From positions 2,496,001 to 2,560,000 of the forward strand of contig OY762463.1 in assembly GCA_963665815.1 (NCBI GenBank): 64,000 nt of DNA. Direction: 5' to 3'. The notes under the pieces are model-generated. The model was not told the origin of the DNA. It did not search any database and saw nothing but the letters and a program-made list of their open reading frames with translations. This document shows, one piece after another, positions 12,071 to 22,680 of this stretch; positions within the stretch are counted from its first letter, which is position 1, and each line of letters begins with the position of its first letter. This stretch comes from Candidatus Cloacimonadales bacterium (lineage in GTDB: Bacteria > Cloacimonadota > Cloacimonadia > Cloacimonadales > JAIOQZ01). The position numbers were made by a program, and so were the translations under genes.

Positions 12071-12569
12071 ATTGCAGTATCCTTGCAAATGGACAACGTC
12101 CTTCGCATTAGTGGAACTAATGTGCTCTATAAATACAACTATATGAGTACCTGAGAATGCTAATCATAGAAAAAACATTTTCGATATACATCATTGGAGG
12201 TTTTATTAAGACATACGTTTGTTTGGCTATACGCAGTTGGTGGAACTTATAAAAGTGAGTAAGAAGCAGCAGGCTTTAATTCCCATCTGTAGCGTTCCTG
12301 GGAAACAGGAATACCAATTATCCGTGGAGTAGTGCCCGAAGGGCGGAGTGGTTTCGAATTTCATCCGCAATAACTCAAGGTAGCACAAAATCGTTGTTTC
12401 TATATGGAGTTAATCTGCTCAAATAGTTATTTTGGAGTGCATTGGCTGCGTCAATGTAGGTTTCTGGATAAGGATAATCAGTTTGCATCACATAAATTCC
12501 TCAAAATCATGCAACTTAACACAAGATTGCTGAACTGGATAAAGCGAGCAGGAAAGACAGAAAGAACTT

Positions 12570-13034
12570 TCATTTCTTTTGCAGTAGAATTTTTTCAAAG
12601 AAATGCTTCATTGCAATAGCCATCATCTTGAACCCAGACTGTTTAGATGTCAGAGTATAAAACAAAAACAAAGCAGTGACAAAAATAAAATGAAACCAGG
12701 TAGAATATAATAAATGTATAGTAATTATAAAACCTTCAAGCACATACAGAACAAACCAGTAGACTCTCAGGGATGTACTATAGCATTGTGTATTTTCGAA
12801 ATCAATCTTAAAGCCTGTGAATGTCAAATTCTCAGAAGTCTGGGATGTGAATAAATCTCCAAAACTCATGTACCTGCATGTTCTTTTCGGAGAAAAAACG
12901 ATAAAATTCAAAACAGCAGGGATCATAGAGAGTAACACCATTAATCCGGTGCTCTCAAGCTTGAGCATTGTTATTATTAAACAAGATACAAATAGTATAC
13001 TAAAATCAATCAGGAATGAAATAAATCCTTTCAA
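12570..13034 (-). CDS. Hypothetical membrane protein
   Basis: 154 aa with about 4 hydrophobic stretches; GGAGG upstream of TTG. Confidence 0.5.
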   Translation of the reverse strand: MKGFISFLIDFSILFVSCLIITMLKLESTGLMVLLSMIPAVLNFIVFSPKRTCRYMSFGDLFTSQTSENLTFTGFKIDFENTQCYSTSLRVYWFVLYVLEGFIITIHLLYSTWFHFIFVTALFLFYTLTSKQSGFKMMAIAMKHFFEKILLQKK

Positions 13035-13060
13035 TTTATCCCTCCAAAGTCATATGTAAG

Positions 13061-13438
13061 TTAGAGCATAAGCTTAAATATAGTTCTACAGCTTCCGGGA
13101 GTTAATCCACCTTTTCCAACGAAATCATCCATATAGACTTTTTTTATTGTATTCTTAATGTTTGCAAAATTAAAAAACAGTTCAGCTAATCTTATTCTGT
13201 TTACGGAAGATCCATGAACCTTGAGAATGTTCCGTCTTTTCCAACCATCTTTTGTTTCAGTCTGGATCCAATCTTCAGCATTCAGATATAATGTAGGATA
13301 ATCAACTTCATTGACCCTATCTGAAGAAAAAGGGTACTCAGATTCTATTTCTCCAGCATATAAAAAGCAACTGACAGGTTTTTCCTGTAAGAAATGATTT
13401 CCAGTGAGAGCTTTATAATAAGAATAACTGAAAAATAA
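13061..13438 (-). pseudogene. Start-less 126-codon reading frame (gene remnant)
   Basis: Read manually: LFFSYSYYKALTG...DDFVGKGGLTPGSCRTIFKLML*, directly preceded by an in-frame TGA; absent from the ORF track. Confidence 0.4.
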
Positions 13439-13591
13439 TCAATTGGTTACCGGGGATATTAATTTAAATATTTTTGAATAATGATGAGAAAATCTGCAGA
13501 ATAGAAATGTCTTGAGTCGATAAAATATTAATTGACAGATATATTTTCAATTACTTAATATTGGCATAATTTCTAAAAATCTGGAGGTAAG

Positions 13592-16500
13592 GTGTATTTC
13601 AAAAATAACGAAAGAGGAAAAAGGGATTTATATTCTCTTTTACTGCAGACAGTTTCTTCATATATTCACAAGACAGTTGGATTAATTGATCCGGATATAA
13701 TGACAATAAATAATGATGAAGCATTTTTCAAAGATAAAATGTATGAGATCACAGAAGAAATTTCAAAGTTAAAAGAACTAGAAATAACTGAAAAAGAACT
13801 TTATAATTTACTTGATATGAAGGATAATGATATTGAGATTCTTTTAAATTATCCAACATATAAAAAGAATGGATCTCAAAAGGCCATTAGTAAAGATTTT
13901 CATAAAAGATTCCCTAAAATTGATAGTTTACTAAAAATGTTATATGTTAATAATAAATTGGAAGAAGTTAGTGAAGATCTTAAATTTAATCATAGAAGAT
14001 TAGAAAGTCTGATTAAGAATACAATATGGTATGTCCCTCCTTCGTTTATGACACAATTCTACACTGAACTATCTTACTATGTTAAAGAAACTACAGCAAT
14101 ATTCAGGTTTCAATGTTTAAGATTAATCAAATTATACCATGAGAGCAAGAACTCTTTCTCAAATGGGGAGATATGTTTTTCGATTACAGGTGGAATATCT
14201 TTTAAGGCAAGTATTATTAATATTGAAGGTAGAGATAAAATATTAATTGTAGGTGGGAATATTACCAAGGAAGAACTAGCAAACTTCGTAAAAATGAAAG
14301 CTGCTGACATTGACGAAGACAAGTTTGTAAAGGCAAAAGATGAGCAATTCCTAAATGTTGATCTCGAAAGGTATGTTAAAGAAAAGCTTGAAAACTTCTT
14401 AGACACTTATCCGTTTCATAGAAAACTTATTTTAGTAAAGCAGCTGCAAATGTACCTTATCTGCAGAAGTGATAATATATCACAAAAAATGAAACTTGTC
14501 TCCTATGTTATTATACAATACAGCAAATTACTATCTGAGCAGGGGGATAAATTCGAAAGCATGATTGGTGAAGAGAATTTCAATGTCATGCGTAACATTA
14601 TTTTTAATTATGAAAACTCAAACTTCTTTGATTCAAACTCTTTATACAAGCAATGTGAAACACTTGTTGAAAGTAAATCAGAGAAAAAGATATTGGCGAA
14701 AATACCTTTATGTGCAAGGTCAGACAGGCATTACAGTCTATATCAAAGATTTCCTTTTATGCCCAATGGCAATATAAATTATATTGATATTGAACAGGAA
14801 ATTGAACTAGATAAGAATAATTATGCTTATGAACTCAGTTGTTCAGAGGGAGATAGTGTATGTCAAGCTGATTTAAAGGAATTAGAAAACAGAATCAAAA
14901 AAAAATACAGATTCTTCAGTGAAAGATTTAGAGTTAGTGAGCAATATGCGGATCAGCTTACATTTAACAGTATTCGTCATCACATTAGATATATGCCTCT
15001 CGATGATATAAAGTCAAAAATCAGTTATTTGTGTAGAGTGATCAGAAATAGCTATTTTGTTGATAGAGTCTCTTATTTTAAGTATGACAGTATTGATGAT
15101 ACTCTACAGACAGAAAATGAATACATTGCTTACAATTTCAAGAACAATGATTCAGCTTCTCAGAGAATGAACGGTTTCACAGAAAAACTTAACGAAAAAC
15201 TGATTGAATGGGGAGAAAATCCAGAATATAGATCGAAGAGTATTCTTTACAGTGCAATTGATGGCTTAAAAGTAGCGGGGAGAATAAAGCAAATAGATAA
15301 TTATGAGCCATTTGGTGAGTTTTATTACAAAGAGATGCCAGAAAAGCTTCCTCTAGGGGAAATTGAGTTCCTTGATGAAAAAGTAAAAGATTTTCTTGCA
15401 ATCCCAATTGTTTTTCATGGGTGTAAACAGGGAGTTATCTTACTGGAATCATATTCGAAGGATTATTTTACACATAATACAAGACTAAAACTATTTGAGA
15501 TAAAGCGAACTTTTGATGAAGAAATATTTATTTCCTTACTTGATCAAACTATATTGGAGTATTATGAGAAGATTGGAAAGAAAAATGGAAACAATCATCA
15601 AATCAGACTCGAAATATTTTCGGAAATAATCAAGAAAATGGCATTGATGTTTGATTTTGCCGGTTCCATGCTGTTTCTGAAGGATGATGTAGTCTACAAA
15701 TTAGTTGGTCATAGTGGGATGATAAAAAACGAACATGAGGATGATTTACCAAGTGAGATAAGTTTGTTTAGAAAAGAACTGGAAGACTTGGAAATTGATA
15801 TATTCAATATGTGGATTAACATTTCAGAATTTCAACCTGATAGCAATATCAATATTATAGAGAAAAAAAATCTACAATGTAACCAAAATGAAAATCCCAA
15901 ATATGTTAACGAAATTTACAAAAAATTTGAACGGGTAATTGTAATCAAATCTAACCATACGTCTGAACCTAATTGTTTCATTTTACTACTCAGTAAAGAT
16001 GAAGGATATTTTTCAAACCACCTGAGAGAACAATTAAATTTCTACTCAAAAATTGTATTTCAGGTAACTTCGGAATACTTCAGACAGGAGAATAGAAATA
16101 AATCAATGTTGTCTTTTGTATCTCATGAAACTATATCATTTATCAGAGCTGTTGAAAACAAAACAAATACTATGAAAAAGAAGTTTTTAGATGATGTTTC
16201 AAACAAAGATGATTTTGAATTAGCTATTCAGGATATTAATAATGCTGCCAAACAAGCACTTATCTCGCTTTCATTAATTTCTGATAATGTTATCCCAGAT
16301 GATATTATATCGGACAATAAAAAACTTCTTGAATACTATTGTAAGATTAAGTTTTCAATAGAAGATTTTAATTTGAAAGAGCTCATGAAAACTCAATTGC
16401 ATAGTTTTCAGGAACCTATAAATGAAAAGAATATTACCTGGGATATTAAGTACTCAAGCTTTGATCGTACTATTAAGTTTTCTTACGTTGCCCTCAGCCA

Positions 16501-16852
16501 TGTTATTGAAAATTTAATCGTGAATGTCACAAAATATGGTATAGATGAAAGTACATTCAAAATAAAACGTAAGATTTTTGGTAATGATTTACATCTTGAA
16601 TTCACAAATGAAGGATACAGGCTTGATAAAAGTGTAGAAGAGACTCATGAAATTGTATTCATGTCAAATAAACAAGGATCAAAGAAAAGATTGAAAGATT
16701 TAGGAAAAAACGTATCAGGGAATGGATTAGGATTATACTATACAAAAGAATTTTTGAATTATCTTGATTCGGATATTGAATTAGAATATGATATAATAAA
16801 TGAAAATTATGCAAAATATAACTTCAAAATAATATTAAGGGATGTATTATAA
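13592..16852 (+). CDS. Large cytoplasmic sensor histidine kinase (GAF-like domains + HisKA/HATPase)
   Basis: H-box SFVSHET, N-box IENLIVNVTKYG, G2 SGNGLGLYY; GAF-like FLAIPIVFHG..QGVILLES; GGAGG RBS, GTG start. Confidence 0.8.
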   Translation: MYFKNNERGKRDLYSLLLQTVSSYIHKTVGLIDPDIMTINNDEAFFKDKMYEITEEISKLKELEITEKELYNLLDMKDNDIEILLNYPTYKKNGSQKAISKDFHKRFPKIDSLLKMLYVNNKLEEVSEDLKFNHRRLESLIKNTIWYVPPSFMTQFYTELSYYVKETTAIFRFQCLRLIKLYHESKNSFSNGEICFSITGGISFKASIINIEGRDKILIVGGNITKEELANFVKMKAADIDEDKFVKAKDEQFLNVDLERYVKEKLENFLDTYPFHRKLILVKQLQMYLICRSDNISQKMKLVSYVIIQYSKLLSEQGDKFESMIGEENFNVMRNIIFNYENSNFFDSNSLYKQCETLVESKSEKKILAKIPLCARSDRHYSLYQRFPFMPNGNINYIDIEQEIELDKNNYAYELSCSEGDSVCQADLKELENRIKKKYRFFSERFRVSEQYADQLTFNSIRHHIRYMPLDDIKSKISYLCRVIRNSYFVDRVSYFKYDSIDDTLQTENEYIAYNFKNNDSASQRMNGFTEKLNEKLIEWGENPEYRSKSILYSAIDGLKVAGRIKQIDNYEPFGEFYYKEMPEKLPLGEIEFLDEKVKDFLAIPIVFHGCKQGVILLESYSKDYFTHNTRLKLFEIKRTFDEEIFISLLDQTILEYYEKIGKKNGNNHQIRLEIFSEIIKKMALMFDFAGSMLFLKDDVVYKLVGHSGMIKNEHEDDLPSEISLFRKELEDLEIDIFNMWINISEFQPDSNINIIEKKNLQCNQNENPKYVNEIYKKFERVIVIKSNHTSEPNCFILLLSKDEGYFSNHLREQLNFYSKIVFQVTSEYFRQENRNKSMLSFVSHETISFIRAVENKTNTMKKKFLDDVSNKDDFELAIQDINNAAKQALISLSLISDNVIPDDIISDNKKLLEYYCKIKFSIEDFNLKELMKTQLHSFQEPINEKNITWDIKYSSFDRTIKFSYVALSHVIENLIVNVTKYGIDESTFKIKRKIFGNDLHLEFTNEGYRLDKSVEETHEIVFMSNKQGSKKRLKDLGKNVSGNGLGLYYTKEFLNYLDSDIELEYDIINENYAKYNFKIILRDVL

Positions 16853-16864
16853 ATAGGAGCAAAT

Positions 16865-17461
16865 ATGAAATTAGAAGATTATACCTGGTTGCACTTAGAG
16901 GATTACTCGGATACAATCAATGAAGACCAATATAAACTGTTGAAGAAACTGTTTGGAATAACTGAGAGCAGTACTTTCTCATCTCCCAAAGAATTTATTC
17001 CCGTACTCAGGAGGAGTATTATAGAAAGAAGCAACGATACAGATAAAAAATTTGGTCTTATACTGGATATTGCCATTTCAGGCATAGATGAAATAATAAT
17101 TCCAAAACATTGGTTCAACGATAATTTTCCTGAGGATGATATTAGAAAAAAAACAGAGATGAAGGGGATAGATTATGGTCTAAAGTTGGTGTTCTACTTA
17201 ATTCTGGGAAAGAATTTGTCTTCAAACCCAACTCCCATAGATTATAGACTTCCTCCAATAATATTCCTTTCCATGCTGAAAAAAGAACAGATTATCAAGA
17301 CTCCAATATGGAGACAGATTTGCAAACGGTATATGGAAATTCTAAATATTGGTGAGAAAGGGGAAGCACCAGTATTTTTTGTTTCTAAAAGATCTGATAA
17401 TTTTAAAAATGACCTTATTAAGATTGTTGATAAAATGGAGCAAATGAATTATGAGAACTAG
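16865..17461 (+). CDS. Divergent stand-alone receiver (REC) domain protein
   Basis: LHLED, LILDI, YGLKL, PIIFLS and FVSK match the REC motif order, with insertions; no output domain. Confidence 0.6.
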   Translation: MKLEDYTWLHLEDYSDTINEDQYKLLKKLFGITESSTFSSPKEFIPVLRRSIIERSNDTDKKFGLILDIAISGIDEIIIPKHWFNDNFPEDDIRKKTEMKGIDYGLKLVFYLILGKNLSSNPTPIDYRLPPIIFLSMLKKEQIIKTPIWRQICKRYMEILNIGEKGEAPVFFVSKRSDNFKNDLIKIVDKMEQMNYEN

Positions 17462-18290
17462 GTTATTGATTATCATATTTATAATATTAAGTACAAGTGC
17501 TTTTATATATTGTGATCAAGATACTACAAGAATTGATTCGGAAAGGATAACATATCCGGGAGTTGATGATCAAATTAGTAAACATGTACAAAATCCTTTA
17601 GATTCAATTTCTGAACAGATAAAAATATTTGGTATTCTCATAACCATCCTTGCAGCTCTAATGACATTATCAGCTCCCTTGCTGATATTGTTTTTAAGTA
17701 GTGATAAAAACAAAGCAGTTGCCAGAGAGAACTTAGTGGAAGTGCAAAAGCTCTTGAATACTAAAGAGCGAGAGCTAAACGATCAATTTGATGAAAAATT
17801 TAAAGATAGTGTAACCAACTTAGAAAAACTGTTCAGTAGTAAAACTACTGAGTTACAACAGAAAATGAATAAAGATTATGAAAACACTGTTGATAAAGTC
17901 AAACAAGAATTAACTCCCACACTAATTAGAACCTCAATAATAAGACCTGAGATTAGAGAAGTGTCATATATTAAAACCGTAAAAAAAATAGCAAATGTGT
18001 TTGGTGATAAACTTGAAAATGCGATTAAAAATGATAATAACTCAATAAGTAAAGTAATAACAGAATATACTCAAGTCTGGTCAATTATCATTGATTTATC
18101 AAGCTTTGATAAAAAACGAATTTGCAACGGACTTCACACTATAATCGCATACGAAGAAAGCAAAGATTTTCTCAAACCACTTTACAGTTACCTTTCTGAA
18201 ATGGTAAAGGTTTATTCTGAGAAAGATGATTTTGATATGCTTGAATTAATGACTAAAGCTATATCCTTAACAGAAGATAGCAATAGTTAA
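17451..18290 (+). CDS. Hypothetical membrane-anchored coiled-coil protein
   Basis: N-terminal signal-like segment, a second TM, then a helical region; overlaps the REC gene stop. Confidence 0.6.
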   Translation: MRTRLLIIIFIILSTSAFIYCDQDTTRIDSERITYPGVDDQISKHVQNPLDSISEQIKIFGILITILAALMTLSAPLLILFLSSDKNKAVARENLVEVQKLLNTKERELNDQFDEKFKDSVTNLEKLFSSKTTELQQKMNKDYENTVDKVKQELTPTLIRTSIIRPEIREVSYIKTVKKIANVFGDKLENAIKNDNNSISKVITEYTQVWSIIIDLSSFDKKRICNGLHTIIAYEESKDFLKPLYSYLSEMVKVYSEKDDFDMLELMTKAISLTEDSNS

Positions 18291-18307
18291 CGATTTTAAT
18301 CTATTTT

Positions 18308-18901
18308 CTACACGTTCTTATACAGTTCCATGAAGTCTGTGAGGAACGGCATAAGTTCGTATTCGATAAGGTCTGCAAAGAGTACCCAGTCTTTTTTCTG
18401 CTGTGTCTCAATCAGTTCGGAAAGTTTTGTACTGAAGTCTTCCATATATTCTTTAACAGTTTTCTGTCCGATGTATTCCGATTCCAGAGTCAGTCCCATC
18501 AATGTGAATGATTCCTGCACAACCTGAAAATATGCCTGAAGATTATCTATGGCTATAACGAATTTTGTATTGGCTATGTTTTCGTCATCCATGCGGTATT
18601 TATCAGCTATATCAGTGAAATTCTCGATAATCTGCTCAAACTGCGCTTTTGAATTGAGGAATGCTTTTTTCCCAATAGTAATAGCAGATTCAGTGATGAA
18701 GTCAATTTTGTCTGATTCCAGAATGAATGTGGAGTCTGCGGTGTTAAACCATTTATCAGGCAGTTGTCTTCCATTAAGTTTCACCTGAGTAATAATGTGG
18801 CTCATTGGCAGTTCTGTTTCAGCTTTTCTCATTACATCCTGTAGAGTGCTCATTCCCGGAATCTGTATGTTCTTTTCCTGTGAATTAATAGATATTTTCA
18901 T
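18308..18901 (-). CDS. Conserved hypothetical protein coupled to GT9
   Basis: C-terminal DWVLFADLIEYEL motif; overlaps the GT9 stop. Confidence 0.65.
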   Translation of the reverse strand: MKISINSQEKNIQIPGMSTLQDVMRKAETELPMSHIITQVKLNGRQLPDKWFNTADSTFILESDKIDFITESAITIGKKAFLNSKAQFEQIIENFTDIADKYRMDDENIANTKFVIAIDNLQAYFQVVQESFTLMGLTLESEYIGQKTVKEYMEDFSTKLSELIETQQKKDWVLFADLIEYELMPFLTDFMELYKNV

Positions 18902-20507
18902 TGAATCTCCTTAAATATTGGCTGAGAGTTTTCAGCTGCAGCGAAAGATTATCGTAAATTACAAGCATATCCAGAACCTGTCTTCTGAAACTGCTGTCTT
19001 TAATATTGCTTTCCTGAAACTGAGCATAGTAGAAGAAATCAAAAACTTCCGAAAACTCTCTACCTGCTTGAAAAAGTTCACTTTTTAACTCTTTCAGTTG
19101 CATCCATATATTTTGTATTCTGTCAACAGATTTTTTATCTGTCGTTTTTTGAGTGGAAAGAATTTTGATATTCTTAACAACTTCATCGAGTAAACCAAGT
19201 AGTTTTTCTAACTCGCGAATCTCAATATTGAAGCCGTACTTACTTATATCGTACGTTTTCTGTAAATATTCAGTATAATTCTGTCCCCAGTTAACTTTTA
19301 CATCAAGATTCTTCACCAGAGTCATTAACCAGATAACCCTTTTGAATTCAAAAAAAAGCTCTTTCTTCCTGATTTCTCTTCTGCAGTGAGGAACTGAATG
19401 CTGAAAGCCGAATATATCTTTCTGTGATTTCCAGAACATTACTCTGTTGTTATCCTTCGATGGATTGCCACTGAATATGTTCTCCACTGCAAGAATCACA
19501 TCCTTCTCTGTAATCATTTTATGACAGCTGAGATGGTCGCATATTGTACTGAAACTACATGGGTGACAGTTTATGTCCGCCTGAATCATCGTTCCCTTAT
19601 CTGTGTATGGACCTGTTTCCCATAGACTGACAGGTCCGAGAGAGATATTCACAACAGGGATACCCGCAGCAGCAGCAATGTGCATTGGACCTGTGTCGTT
19701 ACAGACAAAGGCATCCAAACCGGAAATATATCCAATCAATTCTTCCAGAGAACTTTCCCCAATGAAATTAGTAAATCTGTTACTATGAATATCCGAGAAG
19801 TATTCTTTAAGTTCAATCTCACTGTACCCGCCAAAAAGGAATAGATGATTATTTTTGTCGCTTAAAAGTGATTCTATTACTCTTTTGAATTTATCAACCT
19901 CCCAGGTTTTGTTTGATCTGGAAGCTCCTATATGGAATCCGATTTTATTTTTTTGAGGATATTTTGATATTATTTTATGGCAATTCTGCATTTTGTGAGT
20001 ACTCTTGAAATGATAGTCTTCCTGAGTAGAATCAATTTTTCCAATCTCTGAAAAGATATCCACGAGATTCAGAGTTCTGTCTCCAAGATGATGCTCGTTT
20101 GCAAGATGAAATGCAGTCCAGTCGGAGGAGATACTCTGTTCTCTGTTTTTATTGAAGAACATTCCTCTTTTTACATCTGCTTTTACCAGATAGCCAAGCA
20201 GAGATGACTGAATTGAAACTACCGGATTAATCACAACATCATATTTTTCGCGATTCAGTTCCCGCACACAACTTTCGATTACGGAATAACCTTCCAGAAA
20301 TGTGTCGGAATCCTGAGATACAAGCACAGAATCATCAATATCAATTACTTTGTCTACGGAAGGAAAGTATTCAAGTATTTTCTTGAACGATGAAGTAACA
20401 AGATAATGCACTTCGGCATTGGGATGTTTTCTCTTAATACCATTGCTTAATGTGAGAGTCTGAATGATGTCTCCCATACGTGTCAGGTTAATAATCAGGT
20501 ATTTCAT
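18885..20507 (-). CDS. Glycosyltransferase family 9 (heptosyltransferase-like) with C-terminal extension
   Basis: RMGDIIQ, GAS..NKTW, NDTGPMHIAAA, C.PC...C...C motifs. Confidence 0.88.
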   Translation of the reverse strand: MKYLIINLTRMGDIIQTLTLSNGIKRKHPNAEVHYLVTSSFKKILEYFPSVDKVIDIDDSVLVSQDSDTFLEGYSVIESCVRELNREKYDVVINPVVSIQSSLLGYLVKADVKRGMFFNKNREQSISSDWTAFHLANEHHLGDRTLNLVDIFSEIGKIDSTQEDYHFKSTHKMQNCHKIISKYPQKNKIGFHIGASRSNKTWEVDKFKRVIESLLSDKNNHLFLFGGYSEIELKEYFSDIHSNRFTNFIGESSLEELIGYISGLDAFVCNDTGPMHIAAAAGIPVVNISLGPVSLWETGPYTDKGTMIQADINCHPCSFSTICDHLSCHKMITEKDVILAVENIFSGNPSKDNNRVMFWKSQKDIFGFQHSVPHCRREIRKKELFFEFKRVIWLMTLVKNLDVKVNWGQNYTEYLQKTYDISKYGFNIEIRELEKLLGLLDEVVKNIKILSTQKTTDKKSVDRIQNIWMQLKELKSELFQAGREFSEVFDFFYYAQFQESNIKDSSFRRQVLDMLVIYDNLSLQLKTLSQYLRRFNENIY

Positions 20508-20730
20508 ATTCCTCCGTCTGCCAATATTGCGTTTCCGGCAGAATTTTTATCTTTTCATTTAAACCTTGTTGTATTATAATATACTGTAAGTATTTAAACT
20601 GATAATTCAATGTCAAAATTTCCAAAATAAGATTACTAAACCCGTAGAACTTTGTCAATATTATCGGATCAGAAACTTTTTTGATTGACTAAAAAAAATA
20701 TTCTCAGTAGTTTTTAAAACCGGAGTTAAA

Positions 20731-22374
20731 ATGTCAAAATATAACTGGAGAATAGTCATTATAACGATTGCAGCTATAATATTCCTGCTGTTTTTTTTCA
20801 GGAACAGAAAGTTCACTGTGCAGGATAAGGTAGTTGCCAGAATCAATGACTCAGCGATAACAAAGATTGATTACAATGCATATATTGCCCGATCAGGAGA
20901 CAATCTGTCTGACAATGAAAAAAGGCTTGCTCTTGATTACATGGTTATTCAGAGAGTAATTCTGATATATGCAGAAAAATCCGGAATTATCGAATCACAG
21001 TTAAAATCACAATTCGAAAAAGAAATTGAATATGCAAGAAAGAATCTTCTTATAGATCACCTGTTTGAGAATTATATCAAAAGCAGGATGAAGATCACCT
21101 CCAGGGAGAAGAAGAAGTATTTCGCGACTCACAATTTCTACACACTTCACCAGATAACTATTTCCCGCATGGAGCTCAACGCCTACATGAAAATCGGGCT
21201 TGCCAAAAGAAAACTGGATGCAGGGGAGGATTTCTTCAAGGTGATGAGAAAGTTCTCAGATAAATCTCTTATCCAGAATGATGGATTCTTTGCTATAGTA
21301 AATCCTGAGACTCTGGTAGAGCCTTACTTTTCTCACGTAAAAGAGTTGATGGAACCGGGAAAATATACAGATATTTTCGAAACGAATTATGGCTATACAA
21401 TACTTTACAGAGGGGAAAACCCGGATTATAAAGATGCAAAATTAGTTGTTGATCTGGAAATAAACGATTATGTTAAATCCAGATTATACAAAGAGCTGAA
21501 ACACAAACTTGAGGGCAGAATAAATATTAATGATACTGTTTTGAAGAAACTTTATTCTCTTGAGTTATGGCAATATCAGGTTGATAGTATACAAACTGAA
21601 CCCGTTGTTACTTTTACTGATTCAAAGTTCAAACCGGTTACATTCAGGGAGATGTATACTATTTTGAAAGATATTGATAATATCGTTTATCTTCAAGATC
21701 TCAGCTATGACAAATTTGTAGAGAGAGTCTATAGTATTGGACTCCAGCATGTAACAGAAAAAGAAGCTGCCGAATATAAAATTCATAAGAATCCTGATTT
21801 CATATCAAACTGGAGAAGTACAAAGAGAAAACTTATTCAGAGACAGAATGAGAAAATCATCAATTTTGTATTGAATGAGATTATTGCAGACGATCTGAAA
21901 ATAACAGATGAAGAGATTCTCAGAACATATAACGAGAACACAGAAGATTATCAGATGCCTTCGTTGTTTAAACTTCAGAAAATTGTTGTGGATGATGTAG
22001 AGACTGCTGAGAAAGTGAAATTAATGTTGAAGAAGGGTATCAGTTTTACTGATGCAGCACTTAAATATTCAGTTGAACCCGGCGTGAGACATACAAATGG
22101 AATTACTCCATATCTGACAAAAACTATCCTTAAAAGTCATTATTATACTCTGGAAAATTATCAAATCAATGAAGTTTTACCACCAATTTTTGATGAAGGT
22201 AAGTACTTTATATATAAAATACTTGATGTTCAGGAAGGAGCTTTGCAGGAGTTTTCTAAAGTTAAGGAGCAAGTAAGAATGCAACTTATTGTCAGAAAAC
22301 TGGATGTATGGCTTGAGAGTATCAGGAAAAAATATGATATTCAAGTCACAAAATACTACAAAGAGATAATGTAA
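20731..22374 (+). CDS. Parvulin-type peptidyl-prolyl isomerase (PrsA/SurA-like)
   Basis: N-terminal anchor; two rotamase-like repeats (GEDF....KFSD, GISF.DAA.KYS). Confidence 0.75.
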   Translation: MSKYNWRIVIITIAAIIFLLFFFRNRKFTVQDKVVARINDSAITKIDYNAYIARSGDNLSDNEKRLALDYMVIQRVILIYAEKSGIIESQLKSQFEKEIEYARKNLLIDHLFENYIKSRMKITSREKKKYFATHNFYTLHQITISRMELNAYMKIGLAKRKLDAGEDFFKVMRKFSDKSLIQNDGFFAIVNPETLVEPYFSHVKELMEPGKYTDIFETNYGYTILYRGENPDYKDAKLVVDLEINDYVKSRLYKELKHKLEGRININDTVLKKLYSLELWQYQVDSIQTEPVVTFTDSKFKPVTFREMYTILKDIDNIVYLQDLSYDKFVERVYSIGLQHVTEKEAAEYKIHKNPDFISNWRSTKRKLIQRQNEKIINFVLNEIIADDLKITDEEILRTYNENTEDYQMPSLFKLQKIVVDDVETAEKVKLMLKKGISFTDAALKYSVEPGVRHTNGITPYLTKTILKSHYYTLENYQINEVLPPIFDEGKYFIYKILDVQEGALQEFSKVKEQVRMQLIVRKLDVWLESIRKKYDIQVTKYYKEIM

Positions 22375-22680
22375 CAACAATTATTGTCTATCTGAATCTG
22401 TGATAAAGCTGTAAATACCGGTAATATGTCTGAGTCCTTTGCAATAATGGAGTTGTTGAATCAATTTCAGAATTCATCAGATTTTGATCTGATTTGAGTT
22501 TTCGTAAAGAGCTTTTTTGATGAATTCGAGAATCTATTCGAAAACTTATTAATCAAAACTACATGATTTTGCCATTTTGCACAGGTCTTGTCTGTATAGT
22601 ACTGAGACTATTTCTTGACAGTTTTTTCACGGAATTGATGTTAAAGGAGAAATAATATAATACAAATATGAGGAGGCAAC

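Noticed and set aside
12210-12400. attC-like long imperfect palindrome around GCCCGAAGGGC
   Set aside because: Too degenerate and the core sites are not intact
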